Positions 7,918 to 18,443 of a stretch of 64,000 nt of DNA are shown here, piece after piece. The notes under the pieces are model-generated. The model made no database searches. It was not told the origin of the DNA and was given only the letters and a program-made list of their open reading frames with translations. Made by a program: the position numbers and the translations under genes. The DNA is from Bacteroidales bacterium UBA5326 (lineage in GTDB: Bacteria > Bacteroidota > Bacteroidia > Bacteroidales > UBA932): the NCBI GenBank assembly GCA_002408205.1, contig DHQY01000003.1:132-64131 (forward strand), read 5' to 3'. The stretch's first letter is position 1; every line of letters starts with the position of its first letter.

Positions 7918-7925
7918 TATTTTTG
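7918..7925 (+). promoter_or_regulatory. TAnnTTTG -7 box (TATTTTTG) for ansB
   Basis: Consensus box in the 56-nt divergent mntP/ansB spacer. Confidence 0.4.
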
Positions 7926-7937
7926 TTTTTTATCGCG

Positions 7938-7945
7938 CAAAGTTA
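7938..7945 (-). promoter_or_regulatory. TAnnTTTG -7 box (TAACTTTG on the minus strand) for mntP
   Basis: Plus strand reads CAAAGTTA, 35 nt upstream of the mntP ATG. Confidence 0.4.
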
Positions 7946-7964
7946 ACAAAAGATAGGTATGTAT

Positions 7965-9011
7965 ATGAAAAAAACATTAGTTGCAGCAGCCGTCCTGCTT
8001 TCCTTACAGCTTGCCGCCCAGCCTTTGCCACGCATTACCGTCATTGCCACCGGAGGCACCATTGCCGGGACGGCTCCCACCGCCACTCAGGCAGGCTATT
8101 CTCCGGCCCGTCTTACGGTAGAATCCCTCCTTGGGCAGGTCCCCCAGCTGGCATCAGAAGCGGATGTTTCCGGCTATCAGCTGTGTAATATTCCCAGTCA
8201 GGCCATGACCCATGACATCTGGCTTCGCCTGGCTTGTGTGATAGATTCGCTTTTTACGGGGGGACATTGCGACGGTGTTGTGGTTACCCACGGAACCGAC
8301 ACCATGGAAGAGACCGCCTATTTTCTTCATCTCACGGTTCCTCATGACCTGCCTGTTGTGCTTACGGGGGCAATGCGTCCGGCTACCGGCCTGAGTGCAG
8401 ACGGCCCGATGAATTTGTACAATGCCGTAATGCTGGCGGCCAGTCCCTTGGCGCGGGACCGAGGAGTTATGGTGGTAATGAATGATTATATTTTTTCTGC
8501 CGACGATATAGTTAAAACCAATACAGTCAATCCCAATGCCTTTGAATGTCCGAATTACGGTCCCCTGGGCACGATCAGGGGGGGCGTACCGGTTTTTTTC
8601 CGTAAAACCTTTACCAGGCATACTTCACGAAGTGAGTTTTCTATAAGGAAACTGTCGGGCAAACCGCTTTCGCATGTAGAAATAGTTCTTTCTTACGCGA
8701 ATGCTTCCGATATACAGTTAAATGCTCTGATTGACTATCCGGTGGACGGCATAGTGATTGCCGGCGTGGGTAACGGCAATTTTGCCCCCTCATTTATGAC
8801 AGCCATTGCAAAAGCCAATGAAAAAAAGATCCCGGTGGTGCGTGCCACCCGAATCATTTCAGGCGGGGTAAGTTCCGGGCTGGAAGATGTGTTCCCGGGA
8901 CAGATAGCCCCCGGCTGCCTGTCGCCGCAAAAAGCCAGGATATTGCTTATGCTGGCTCTTACACAAACAGACGATCCGGAACTGATAGGAAAAATATTCC
9001 TTGAATATTAA
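7965..9011 (+). CDS. ansB: Periplasmic L-asparaginase, type II
   Basis: Signal peptide ([19 protein letters not shown]), catalytic motifs ATGGTIAG and [10 protein letters not shown]. An alternative ATG lies at 7959. Confidence 0.9.
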   Translation: MKKTLVAAAVLLSLQLAAQPLPRITVIATGGTIAGTAPTATQAGYSPARLTVESLLGQVPQLASEADVSGYQLCNIPSQAMTHDIWLRLACVIDSLFTGGHCDGVVVTHGTDTMEETAYFLHLTVPHDLPVVLTGAMRPATGLSADGPMNLYNAVMLAASPLARDRGVMVVMNDYIFSADDIVKTNTVNPNAFECPNYGPLGTIRGGVPVFFRKTFTRHTSRSEFSIRKLSGKPLSHVEIVLSYANASDIQLNALIDYPVDGIVIAGVGNGNFAPSFMTAIAKANEKKIPVVRATRIISGGVSSGLEDVFPGQIAPGCLSPQKARILLMLALTQTDDPELIGKIFLEY

Positions 9012-11053
9012 TTTATTTTAGCTCCGTTGCCCAGGCGTTCTTCGGGTGAAACAATGCGCATATTGCCATCGGCCTCTTTGGCCATGAGGATCATTCCCCG
9101 GGATTCAATTCCGCGTATGGTACGCGGTTCCAGGTTGGCCAGAATGCAGATCTGTTTCCCGATGACCGACTCGGGCGTATAGTACTGTGCGATCCCAGAT
9201 ACGATAACTCTTTGATCCAGCCCCGTGTCTATAGTGAGCTTCAGTAATTTGTCCGTTTTGGGAACCCGTTCTGCCTGCAGTACGGTTGCGGTACGGATGT
9301 CCATTTTTTCGAAATCCCCGTAGGTGCATGGCTCAGAAGCCGGAGCAACGTCCGGGCCAGCCGGAGCCGTTGCTTTTGTTGAGGGCTTTACCAGTTTGGC
9401 TACCTGTGCATCTATAACACTGTCCTCGATTTTTTCGAACAATAATTCGGCGGGATTCAGTTGGTGACCGGGCTCTAAAAGGCGTTTGCCGGCAAAATCG
9501 CTCCATTGGTGTTTTTCCTGGATGTTCAGGATATGGCGGAGCTTGGCGGTTGAAAAAGGCAGGAACGGTTCCAGAGCAATGCTCAGCTGGGCGCAGATAT
9601 CGAGTGAAACATTCAGGATAGTGGCTACGCGGTCCATGTCTGTTTTGGCCAGCTTCCAGGGTTCGGTATCGGTCAGGTATTTATTGCCCAGACGGGCCAG
9701 GTTCATGGCTTCTTTTAGCGAATCGCGGAAGCGATAGTGTTCCAGGTTGTCCTCGAGGGCCGCCTTGATCTGGGGGATGGCTTCCTTAACAACGGCTTCG
9801 GCAGCCGTTTCCGGTCCTGCGACAGGCACTTTTCCGTTAAAATATTTGTGGGTGAGCACCACGGCACGATTTACAAAATTACCGAAAATGGCCACCAGTT
9901 CATTGTTATTCCGCGCCTGGAATTCTTTCCAGGTGAAGTCGTTGTCTTTGGTCTCCGGCGTGGTAGCGCATAATGCATAACGCAGTACGTCTTCTTTGCC
10001 CGGTAATTCTTCCAGGTACTCATGCAGCCATACGGCCCAATTCCTGGAAGTGGATATTTTTTCCCCTTCGAGATTCAAAAACTCATTGGCAGGTACGTTG
10101 TCGGGCAGAATATAGCCTCCGTGAGCCCTGAGCATAACCGGGAAAACAATACAGTGAAATACAATATTGTCTTTACCAATGAAATGGACCATTTTAGTTT
10201 CCGGGTCCTTCCACCATTTTTCCCAGCTATCGGGATAAAGTTCAATGGTGTTGGAGATATATCCGATTGGAGCGTCAAACCATACATACAACACCTTTCC
10301 CCCGGCGCCTTCCACCGGGACCGGCACTCCCCAGTTCAGGTCCCTGCTAACTGCGCGGGGCAGCAGCCCGCTGTCCAGCCATGATTTGCATTGCCCGTAA
10401 ACATTCGGTTTCCATTCCTGATGCCCTTCCAGTATCCATTCGCGGAGCCAGGGTTCGTATTGATCGAGCGGAAGGTACCAGTGTTTTGTTTTTCTTTTTT
10501 CGGGTTTGCTGCCGCTAATGGAAGAATGAGGGTCAATGAGTTCATCGGGGGACAGGGTGGAACCGCATTTTTCGCATTGATCTCCGTAGGCGCCAGGGGC
10601 CTGGCAACGCGGGCAGGTGCCCGTAATGTAGCGGTCTGCGAGGAAAGTCTGAGCTTCCGTGTCATAAAACTGTTCGGTCTCTTTTTCAACAAACTTGCCG
10701 TCTTCGTAAAGTTTACGGAAAAAGTCCGAGGCGGTTTTGTAATGTGTGGCAGAGGTAGTGCGTGAGTACACATCAAAGCTTATACCGAGCTTCTCAAAGG
10801 AATTTTTTATTAGTGTATGGTATTTGTCTACGATTTCCTGTGGCGAGACGCCCTGTTGCCTGGCTTTGATGGTTATGGGGACCCCGTGCTCGTCGGACCC
10901 GCCTACAAAGCAGACCTCCCGGCCTCGCAGGCGAAGGTATCTGACATAAATATCGGCCGGTACGTATACTCCGGCCAGGTGTCCTATATGTAGCGGTCCG
11001 TTGGCATAGGGGAGGGCCGAGGTAATCAGGTAACGTTTGTATTGTTCTTCCAT
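9008..11053 (-). CDS. metG: Methionine--tRNA ligase
   Basis: 681 aa. HIGH motif (PLHIGHLAG), Zn knuckles (CPRC..CEKC), KMSKS-like KISTS, C-terminal EMAP-type tRNA-binding domain. Confidence 0.95.
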   Translation of the reverse strand: MEEQYKRYLITSALPYANGPLHIGHLAGVYVPADIYVRYLRLRGREVCFVGGSDEHGVPITIKARQQGVSPQEIVDKYHTLIKNSFEKLGISFDVYSRTTSATHYKTASDFFRKLYEDGKFVEKETEQFYDTEAQTFLADRYITGTCPRCQAPGAYGDQCEKCGSTLSPDELIDPHSSISGSKPEKRKTKHWYLPLDQYEPWLREWILEGHQEWKPNVYGQCKSWLDSGLLPRAVSRDLNWGVPVPVEGAGGKVLYVWFDAPIGYISNTIELYPDSWEKWWKDPETKMVHFIGKDNIVFHCIVFPVMLRAHGGYILPDNVPANEFLNLEGEKISTSRNWAVWLHEYLEELPGKEDVLRYALCATTPETKDNDFTWKEFQARNNNELVAIFGNFVNRAVVLTHKYFNGKVPVAGPETAAEAVVKEAIPQIKAALEDNLEHYRFRDSLKEAMNLARLGNKYLTDTEPWKLAKTDMDRVATILNVSLDICAQLSIALEPFLPFSTAKLRHILNIQEKHQWSDFAGKRLLEPGHQLNPAELLFEKIEDSVIDAQVAKLVKPSTKATAPAGPDVAPASEPCTYGDFEKMDIRTATVLQAERVPKTDKLLKLTIDTGLDQRVIVSGIAQYYTPESVIGKQICILANLEPRTIRGIESRGMILMAKEADGNMRIVSPEERLGNGAKIN

Positions 11054-11074
11054 AATAAAGGGAATGTTATTGTA

Positions 11075-12979
11075 TCAGTTGAGTCGTTTCAATTCTTTGG
11101 CAAATGAGTTGCGTACATCCATCATGGTGATGAGTTGTTTCATCAGTTCCTGCATCTGCAGTTCGTCCCCTGTGAGCTGGGCTGTGTGCAGCTGCCTGCT
11201 CAGTTCGGTGCAGGTACGGGCTACAATTCTTGATTTATATACCAGCACAGCTTTGGTCACGTTCTCTTTCAAAAGGGTTTCTTCCACCGGGAGGCTGTCC
11301 TTCAGTACTTTCAGATTAATCGGATGAGGATTGCCTAAAAGGCTTAGAGCCTGTTGAGACAGGGAAACATCCTGATGATTGTTAAAATGCTTTATCCGGG
11401 CTTCATCGTCTCCGGACAGATGCGTATATTCTTCCATTAATTTCCTGTAAACGGGGTCCTGGAATTCCAGATCATCTTCCCGGAGCGACGAAAATATGTA
11501 ATCTTCGACGGTTGTATTTTCAATGACAGCTTGTCCGAATTTAAGGAGATAATAAAGGATATCCCTTTCGGAGTGGCTCAGTTCATCGTCGCCTGGAGTG
11601 ACCTGCATTTCTTCGGTCGCGGGAGGGGGAGGCAATGTCTCCGCAGGATGTGCATATGCCGTCCTGTCCTTCCGGATTTTGATTACTTCCCTGGTCAGCA
11701 GGCTTTCCTGTATATCCAGATGGCGGCTGCATTCTTCTATATAAACGGTTCTGGTAATGGCATCCGGAACTACTGCAATACTGTTCATTACGTTCCTGAT
11801 AAGTCCCGATCTTTTTAGCGGATCCTGCATTTCATCGGCCATGAGGGCGATCTTGAAATGGATAAAGTCTGTTTCGTTTTTTTCCAGAAAGTCGAGTATT
11901 TCACTGGCATTGTGTTTCCGGGCAAAAGAGTCTGGGTCATCCCCGTCGGGGAATCGCACCACTTTTACCTGCAACCCTTCTTCAAGCAACATGTCAATAC
12001 CTCTGACAGAGGCTTTGATGCCTGCGTCATCTCCGTCGTACAGGACGGTAACCTGCGGCGCAAAGCGTTTAATAAGCCGTATTTGTTCACCCGTGAGAGA
12101 AGTTCCGGAAGAGGCCACCACGTTGCAGATGCCCGCCTGGAAGAGGGAAAGTACATCGGTATAGCCTTCTACAAGGTAACACTTCTGGAGCCTGGTAATA
12201 TACGATTTGGCAAAGTAAATACCATAGAGCGATTTACTTTTGTTATATATTTCGCTTTCCGGAGAGTTCACGTATTTTGCCACCTGTTTGTCTGTACGCA
12301 GCGTTCTTCCCCCAAATCCGATAATCCGTCCGCTGAGCGAGTGGATGGGAAACATGACCCTTTCCTGAAAACGGTCCAGCACGGTTTCGGGTTTGTTTTC
12401 CTGCGCCGGATAATGAAGTGTCAATCCGGTAGATACCAGCAGATCCTGCTTATATCCCGCGTCCAGTGCGGCTCTGGTTAAATGATCCCGTCCGCCGGGA
12501 GCAAATCCCAATTGGAATTGTTTAATTATTACGTCATTAAACCCTCTTTCCCTGAAATAGCCCAGTCCAATGGCTTGCCCGGCCGGATCTTCCCAAAGAT
12601 AACGGGAGTAGAATTCACAGGCAAAATTATTGACAATCAACATGCTGTCTCTTCTCATCCTGGATTCAATCTGTTCAGCGGATTCTTCTTTTTCCTCAAT
12701 GGGAATATTGTATTTGGCAGCCAGGAAGCGAAGTGCCTCGACGTAAGAAAGCTGCTCGTGCTCCATAATGAAACGGACTACATTACCGGCTTTCCCGCAA
12801 CCAAAACATTTAAAAATGCCTTTTGAAGGAGAAACGGAAAAAGATGGAGTTTTTTCATTATGAAAGGGGCAGCAGGCTATATAGTTGGCGCCACGACGTC
12901 TCAGGTTCACGTATTCACCCACCACTGCCTCAATGGGCGCGGCTTCGAGAATACGTTCTATCGTGGCCTGGTCTATCAT
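11075..12979 (-). CDS. dnaG: DNA primase
   Basis: 634 aa. CHC2 zinc finger (CCPFHNEKTPSFSV...FKCFGCGKAG) and a TOPRIM region (YLVEGYTDV...DGDDAG). Confidence 0.94.
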   Translation of the reverse strand: MIDQATIERILEAAPIEAVVGEYVNLRRRGANYIACCPFHNEKTPSFSVSPSKGIFKCFGCGKAGNVVRFIMEHEQLSYVEALRFLAAKYNIPIEEKEESAEQIESRMRRDSMLIVNNFACEFYSRYLWEDPAGQAIGLGYFRERGFNDVIIKQFQLGFAPGGRDHLTRAALDAGYKQDLLVSTGLTLHYPAQENKPETVLDRFQERVMFPIHSLSGRIIGFGGRTLRTDKQVAKYVNSPESEIYNKSKSLYGIYFAKSYITRLQKCYLVEGYTDVLSLFQAGICNVVASSGTSLTGEQIRLIKRFAPQVTVLYDGDDAGIKASVRGIDMLLEEGLQVKVVRFPDGDDPDSFARKHNASEILDFLEKNETDFIHFKIALMADEMQDPLKRSGLIRNVMNSIAVVPDAITRTVYIEECSRHLDIQESLLTREVIKIRKDRTAYAHPAETLPPPPATEEMQVTPGDDELSHSERDILYYLLKFGQAVIENTTVEDYIFSSLREDDLEFQDPVYRKLMEEYTHLSGDDEARIKHFNNHQDVSLSQQALSLLGNPHPINLKVLKDSLPVEETLLKENVTKAVLVYKSRIVARTCTELSRQLHTAQLTGDELQMQELMKQLITMMDVRNSFAKELKRLN

Positions 12980-13969
12980 TTAAAATGATTTGAAACCCAC
13001 GGCTTCCCGAACCAGTTTCATGGTGGCTCCGGCCGATTCGCGTGCCTGTGCGGTCCCTTTTTCTACAACGTAATGCAGGTAAGTGTCATTATTAGAGATC
13101 TCCATTATCCTTTCCCTGACGGGTAGTGTCCGCCGGCAAATATCCGCGGCCAATTGCTTTTTCAGGTCTCCGTAACGGATGGTACAGTTATTATATTGAT
13201 TGGTGAAATATTCAACCACATCGGGATCAGATACGATTCCGAGCAAAGTAAACAAGTTTTGGATGGGGTCGGTCATAGGCTCTCCCGGTGCAGCCGGTCC
13301 GCTGTCTGTAACGGCCCGCATAACCTTCTTTGTGATGGTCTTTTCATCGTCAATAAGGTATATTCCGTTCCCCTCACTTTTACCCATCTTGCCGCTGCCG
13401 TCCAGCCCGGGAACCTTCACCAGGTTTTCTCCAAAGTTATATGCCTCGGGTTCCGGAAATACATTGACGCCATAAAGATTATTGAACCTGCGTGCCAGCA
13501 GGCGGGTAATTTCCAGATGCTGTTCCTGATCTTTTCCAACCGGTACCCAATCGGGACGGTGAATAAGAATGTCTGAGGCCATCAGAACAGGGTAGGTAAG
13601 CAGTCCGGCGTTTACATTGTCGGGGTTCTGGCGTACTTTGTCTTTGAATGAAGCGGTGCGTTCCAGCTCTCCTTTATAGGAAAGCATATTCAACAATACG
13701 TACAGTTCACTGACTTCGGGAACGCTGCTTTGCACAAAAAGAGACGACTTTTCCGGATCAAGTCCTGCAGCCAGGTATTCAGCCAGAATGATCTTTACGT
13801 TAGAATGAAAATCGTCGGGTTTGGGGTGGGTGGTAAGTGAATGCAGGTCGGCAATAAAGAAAAAACATTTCGCCGTGTTTTGCAACTGGACAAAATTCAG
13901 CAGGGCTCCGTAGTAATTGCCCAGATGTAAATGCCCGGTGGAGCGGATGCCGCTCAGTACAGTCTTCAT
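12980..13969 (-). CDS. trpS: Tryptophan--tRNA ligase
   Basis: 329 aa. Class I motifs (GHLHLGNYYG, KMGKS). Its stop abuts the dnaG start. Confidence 0.94.
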   Translation of the reverse strand: MKTVLSGIRSTGHLHLGNYYGALLNFVQLQNTAKCFFFIADLHSLTTHPKPDDFHSNVKIILAEYLAAGLDPEKSSLFVQSSVPEVSELYVLLNMLSYKGELERTASFKDKVRQNPDNVNAGLLTYPVLMASDILIHRPDWVPVGKDQEQHLEITRLLARRFNNLYGVNVFPEPEAYNFGENLVKVPGLDGSGKMGKSEGNGIYLIDDEKTITKKVMRAVTDSGPAAPGEPMTDPIQNLFTLLGIVSDPDVVEYFTNQYNNCTIRYGDLKKQLAADICRRTLPVRERIMEISNNDTYLHYVVEKGTAQARESAGATMKLVREAVGFKSF

Positions 13970-14024
13970 AGGTAACAGATGTTCAAAATTAAGCCTACAA
14001 AGTTAGTGTTTTTTAGGTAAATGT

Positions 14025-14032
14025 TATCTTTG
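14025..14032 (+). promoter_or_regulatory. TAnnTTTG -7 box (TATCTTTG) for aroA-aroC
   Basis: The box lies inside the maximal ORF (14021) and 18 nt upstream of the ATG at 14051, which supports the shorter start. Confidence 0.45.
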
Positions 14033-14050
14033 CATATAGATAAAGGAATT

Positions 14051-15397
14051 ATGATTACTATCTCACAGGCCCGGTTGAAGGGAAAAATCTCGCTGCCACC
14101 ATCTAAAAGTATGAGTATAAGGGTTTTGGCTGCCATCTTTCTTGCCGGCAGAGACACCTTGTTACGAGGCGCATGGCCTAAGGACGGGACCCAGGTCTGT
14201 GAGGATGTACAGGCTGCTTACAGGGTGGTTCGGTCCGTTGGTTCACAGTTTGTAAAGGAAGACATCGGACCCCATGCCGTTCCCGGCAGGGAACATTCAC
14301 GCAGGCAACTGGATTGCGGCGAATCGGCCCTGGCACTCAGAATGTTTGCTCCCATCCTGGCTTTGTCATCGTGCATTTATTGTCTGCGGGGGCGTACCAC
14401 TCTTATTACCAGGCCGGTGGATTTTGTCATTCAGGGGCTCAGGGAGCTGGGTTGCTGGTGTGAGAGTCTGAACACGCTGCCCACACTTTCCATTATTGAC
14501 AACCTGAAAGAAACGGGACACTGGGAGTACAGCGACTCTTCGCTGAGTATGTCTCGTCCCATTTTATTAGTCCAGGGTCCGCTCCAGGGTGGAAAGTACA
14601 AGGTAAATGCGGGAGGCAGTTCGCAGTTTCTGAGCGGTTTGCTTATGGCTCTGCCCCTGGCAGGGGAAGATTCCATCCTGGAGGTGGAACATCTTGCCAG
14701 CCAGCCGTATATAGATTTGACACTGAATGTAATGGAATCATTTGGGGTACGTGCTACTCACGATAATTATAAAGTTTTCCATATACCCGGCAGGCAGGTC
14801 TACCGGGCCAAAAAAATTGCTATTGAAGGAGACTGGAGCGGAGGTGCTAATTTCATTGTAGGCGCGGCCCTGTTCGGAGACCTTCGTATTGGACCGTTAT
14901 GGAAAAACAGTCTCCAGTCAGATAAGGCTATTCTCGAAGCCATTGAGAAAGCTGGTGCCAGCTGGAGCTGGGTACAGGGAAGTCAGCTCAAAGTGTATAA
15001 ACATGATAATCTGCACGGATTCACTTTTGACGCTCAGTCTTGTCCGGACCTGTTTCCTCCCCTGGTTGCCCTGGCCGTACATTGTAAAGGCACCTCTTAT
15101 ATTCACGGCATAGATCGTCTTTTCCACAAAGAATCGAACAGGGCGCTGGCTTTATTGGAGGAATATACCAAAGTGGGAGCCAATATCAGACTCGAAGGCA
15201 ACAACATGGTTATTGAGGGAGGCGAACTGCCCGGAGGGGCAAAGATCTCGGCCAGGGGCGATAACAGAATTGCCATGTCTCTGGCTATTGCAGCACTCGG
15301 TGCACGAAATCCCATACAGATTGAAGGAAAACATACTGTAGCCAAATCGTTTCCGGATTTCTGGGAGGCGCTTGATAAAGTAATAAAACCTGTCTGA
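14051..15397 (+). CDS. aroA: 3-phosphoshikimate 1-carboxyvinyltransferase (EPSP synthase)
   Basis: N-terminal LPPSKSMSIR motif (LPGSKS type) and EPSP-synthase-like body. TGATG overlap with aroC. Confidence 0.9.
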   Translation: MITISQARLKGKISLPPSKSMSIRVLAAIFLAGRDTLLRGAWPKDGTQVCEDVQAAYRVVRSVGSQFVKEDIGPHAVPGREHSRRQLDCGESALALRMFAPILALSSCIYCLRGRTTLITRPVDFVIQGLRELGCWCESLNTLPTLSIIDNLKETGHWEYSDSSLSMSRPILLVQGPLQGGKYKVNAGGSSQFLSGLLMALPLAGEDSILEVEHLASQPYIDLTLNVMESFGVRATHDNYKVFHIPGRQVYRAKKIAIEGDWSGGANFIVGAALFGDLRIGPLWKNSLQSDKAILEAIEKAGASWSWVQGSQLKVYKHDNLHGFTFDAQSCPDLFPPLVALAVHCKGTSYIHGIDRLFHKESNRALALLEEYTKVGANIRLEGNNMVIEGGELPGGAKISARGDNRIAMSLAIAALGARNPIQIEGKHTVAKSFPDFWEALDKVIKPV

Positions 15398-16344
15398 TGA
15401 ATACATTCGGTAATAAATTCCGCGTGTCGGTCTTTGGGGAATCTCACGGTCCCGCCACAGGCATTGTGCTGGACGGTGTTCCTCCGGGCATTGCGCTGCA
15501 AGAGTCGGATATTATTCCCGATATTTTACGCCGCAAAAGCGGGGCCCGGGGAACCACACCCCGGACAGAAACTGACGAGCCGCATTTTCTTAGCGGCGTA
15601 TATAACGGATACACAACCGGAGCCCCTTTATGCATTATCTTTGACAATGCGGGAGCACGGCCGCAGGATTATTCTGAGCAACCCCGGGTGTTCCGTCCGG
15701 GAACGGCCGATTACACTGCTCAGGTTAAATTTCACGGGTATCAGGATCCCCGGGGTGGAGGTCATTTTTCGGGCCGGCTTACGCTGCCTTTAACGGCTGC
15801 CGGATCCATTGCAAAAAAGATCATTGCCCTGCATTATCCTGAACTGTCCATAAATGCACAAATAGTTCGCATTGGGAACTTTGTCGTAACAGACCCATCC
15901 GGCTTTTCTTCCCGTGTGGAGGCGCTGATTGACAAAGTGGTAACCGAGGGAGATTCGTTGGGCGCCGTTATCGCATGTTCTATTGAACAGGTGCCTGCAG
16001 GCCTGGGAGAACCTTTTTTCGATTCGGTGGAATCTGTGCTTTCCCATATTCTTTTTTCTATTCCCGGAATAAAAGGAATAACTTTTGGACTGGGTTTTGA
16101 GGAAACTCTCCTTAAAGGCAGTGAAAACCCTCATAAAGGCGGTATCGCCGGAGGAATAACCAATGGCGATACCCTGAATTTCCATCTGGCTGTAAAACCT
16201 ACGCCGACAGTAGGGACGAAAGGGCGTCACGATGCCTGTTTTGCTCTTCGTGTACCGGTTGTGGCAGAAGCCGCTGCGGCCATAGTGATGGCCGATTTTA
16301 TCCTATCTAAATCTGAGTTCCCCGTTCCTGAAGCGCAGCCCTGA
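15397..16344 (+). CDS. aroC: Chorismate synthase (unusually short, 315 aa)
   Basis: Motifs [23 protein letters not shown] and KGRHDAC. It lacks two segments present in E. coli AroC (see findings). Confidence 0.85.
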   Translation: MNTFGNKFRVSVFGESHGPATGIVLDGVPPGIALQESDIIPDILRRKSGARGTTPRTETDEPHFLSGVYNGYTTGAPLCIIFDNAGARPQDYSEQPRVFRPGTADYTAQVKFHGYQDPRGGGHFSGRLTLPLTAAGSIAKKIIALHYPELSINAQIVRIGNFVVTDPSGFSSRVEALIDKVVTEGDSLGAVIACSIEQVPAGLGEPFFDSVESVLSHILFSIPGIKGITFGLGFEETLLKGSENPHKGGIAGGITNGDTLNFHLAVKPTPTVGTKGRHDACFALRVPVVAEAAAAIVMADFILSKSEFPVPEAQP

Positions 16345-17347
16345 CCTTGGCTTCAATTTCTTCTTTCAGTTCGGGATTGTCTTTCAGTATCTGTTTAACG
16401 GCATCGCGACCCTGTCCGATCTTTGTTTCGCCATAAGAAAACCACGATCCGCTCTTTTTGATAATATCGAATTCAACGCCCAGGTCAACCAGTTCGCCCA
16501 GCAGCGATATGCCTTCGCCAAAAATGATGTCAAATTCGGCTTTTCGGAAAGGAGGTGCCATCTTGTTCTTTACCACTTTTACCCGTACGTGATTACCGGT
16601 CGCATCTTCACCGTCTTTCAACTGAGTGGTGCGGCGGACGTCTACGCGAACAGATGCATAGAATTTCAAAGCATTTCCTCCGGTTGTTGTCTCGGGGTTA
16701 CCAAACATGACCCCTATCTTCTCACGCAACTGGTTAATAAAAATGCAGCAGGTATTTGTTTTGCTGATATTGGCTGTCAGTTTACGCAAAGCCTGCGACA
16801 TGAGACGGGCCTGTAGTCCCATTTTGGAATCACCCATTTCTCCCTCTATCTCGGCTTTGGGAGTGAGGGCTGCGACGGAGTCAATGACCACAATATCAAT
16901 GGCTCCCGAGCGGATCAGATGATCTGTTACTTCCAATGCCTGCTCCCCGTTGTCGGGCTGCGAAATAAGCAGCGTATCTACGTTGACACCCAGCTGACGG
17001 GCGTAATTCCTGTCAAACGCATGTTCTGCGTCAATGATAGCGGCTATACCACCCAGTTTCTGGGCTTCCGCAATGGCGTGAATGGCTAAAGTGGTCTTTC
17101 CACTCGATTCGGGTCCATAGATCTCAACGACACGACCGCGGGGATATCCGCCTATGCCCAATGCGTAGTCTAACGCAATGGATCCGGACGGAATAACGGA
17201 AACGTCCCATTTGGGCTGATCCCCGAGTTTCATGATGGTTCCTTTCCCGAAATCCTTCTCAATCTTGTCCAAGGTAGCCTGGAGCGCTTTCATCTTATCC
17301 GGATTCACTCCGGCTCCCTCTTTAACTTCTGCACTTACTTTTGCCAT
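16307..17347 (-). CDS. recA: Recombinase RecA
   Basis: 346 aa. Walker [10 protein letters not shown] and full RecA-like sequence. Confidence 0.97.
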   Translation of the reverse strand: MAKVSAEVKEGAGVNPDKMKALQATLDKIEKDFGKGTIMKLGDQPKWDVSVIPSGSIALDYALGIGGYPRGRVVEIYGPESSGKTTLAIHAIAEAQKLGGIAAIIDAEHAFDRNYARQLGVNVDTLLISQPDNGEQALEVTDHLIRSGAIDIVVIDSVAALTPKAEIEGEMGDSKMGLQARLMSQALRKLTANISKTNTCCIFINQLREKIGVMFGNPETTTGGNALKFYASVRVDVRRTTQLKDGEDATGNHVRVKVVKNKMAPPFRKAEFDIIFGEGISLLGELVDLGVEFDIIKKSGSWFSYGETKIGQGRDAVKQILKDNPELKEEIEAKVRAALQERGTQI

Positions 17348-17372
17348 AATATTTCAATTATTGATTAACGAA

Positions 17373-17380
17373 CAAATATA
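17373..17380 (-). promoter_or_regulatory. TAnnTTTG -7 box (TATATTTG on the minus strand) for recA
   Basis: Plus strand reads CAAATATA, 25 nt upstream of the recA ATG. Confidence 0.45.
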
Positions 17381-17402
17381 CAAAAACGCATACAATTTCT
17401 CG

Positions 17403-17410
17403 TATCTTTG
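17403..17410 (+). promoter_or_regulatory. TAnnTTTG -7 box (TATCTTTG) abutting the rlmN start
   Basis: Only 4 nt separate the box from the ATG at 17415, which predicts a leaderless mRNA. Confidence 0.4.
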
Positions 17411-17414
17411 ACGC

Positions 17415-18443
17415 ATGAAAGAATGGTTATTGGGAAAAACCCAGGAAGAGCTTACTGCATTGTGTATTGGCATGGGGCTGCCTCGCTTTACCGGGGGGCA
17501 AATTGCCCAATGGGTTTATAAAAAGGGAATTACAGAGATAGGCCAGATGACCAATCTCTCCATGACCGCCAGGGAAAAGCTCGGTGAAAAATACCAGGTG
17601 GGAGGTCCGGAGCCCCTTACATCGCAGCTTTCATCTGACGGTACCAGAAAGTATTTATTTCCCTCACTTAAGGCCGCAACCACAGGAATAGAAGCGGTAG
17701 TTATACCCGATGACGACAGGGCTACTCTTTGTATTTCTTCACAGGCGGGTTGTCAGATGGGTTGCCAATTCTGCATGACGGCCCGGATGGGATTCCGGGG
17801 GAATCTGACTGCCGGCGAGATTGCAGGCCAGTTCTTAAGGGTTGAAGAAACCGGAAGTTTGACCAATGTAGTTTACATGGGTATGGGAGAGCCGTTCAAT
17901 AACTGGCAGGAGGTATCACGGTCGTTGGAAATCTTTACTTCGGACTGGGGATTTGCCTGGAGTCCCAGGCGCATTACTGTTTCTTCGGTAGGGATATTGC
18001 CGATGCTCGATACTTTTATGCATACCACACAGGTACATCTGGCTATTAGCCTTCATAATCCGTTCGATGCCGAGAGGACATTACTCATGCCCGTTCAGAA
18101 AGCTTATCCCATAAGCCGCGTGGTCAGGCAGCTGAGGCAGTACGATTTTCACGGACAGCGCAGACTTAGTTTTGAATATATAATGTTTGACGGATGGAAC
18201 GACACCCAACGTCATGCGGCAGCTTTACTGCAATTGCTCAGGGGACTGGAGTGCAGAATAAATCTCATCCGGTTCCATGCCATCCCCGATTTCCCGATGA
18301 AACCCTCTCCCGACCCGGTAATAGAAGCGTTTAAAGAAAGACTTAATAATGCCGGACTAATAACGACCGTAAGGGCTTCAAGAGGTATGGACATACTGGC
18401 CGCCTGTGGAATGCTGAGCGGCAAACAATTAAACGCACAATGA
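17415..18443 (+). CDS. rlmN: 23S rRNA/tRNA (adenine-C2)-methyltransferase RlmN (radical SAM)
   Basis: 342 aa. Radical-SAM cluster motif CQMGCQFC and RlmN/Cfr family layout. Confidence 0.92.
   Translation: MKEWLLGKTQEELTALCIGMGLPRFTGGQIAQWVYKKGITEIGQMTNLSMTAREKLGEKYQVGGPEPLTSQLSSDGTRKYLFPSLKAATTGIEAVVIPDDDRATLCISSQAGCQMGCQFCMTARMGFRGNLTAGEIAGQFLRVEETGSLTNVVYMGMGEPFNNWQEVSRSLEIFTSDWGFAWSPRRITVSSVGILPMLDTFMHTTQVHLAISLHNPFDAERTLLMPVQKAYPISRVVRQLRQYDFHGQRRLSFEYIMFDGWNDTQRHAAALLQLLRGLECRINLIRFHAIPDFPMKPSPDPVIEAFKERLNNAGLITTVRASRGMDILAACGMLSGKQLNAQ

Noticed and set aside
7903-7964. Possible yybP-ykoY Mn2+ riboswitch upstream of mntP.
   Set aside because: Only about 56-60 nt separate mntP from divergent ansB, and the promoter box is 35 nt from the ATG. 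That is too little room for a riboswitch of roughly 100 nt, and no conserved motif was seen.
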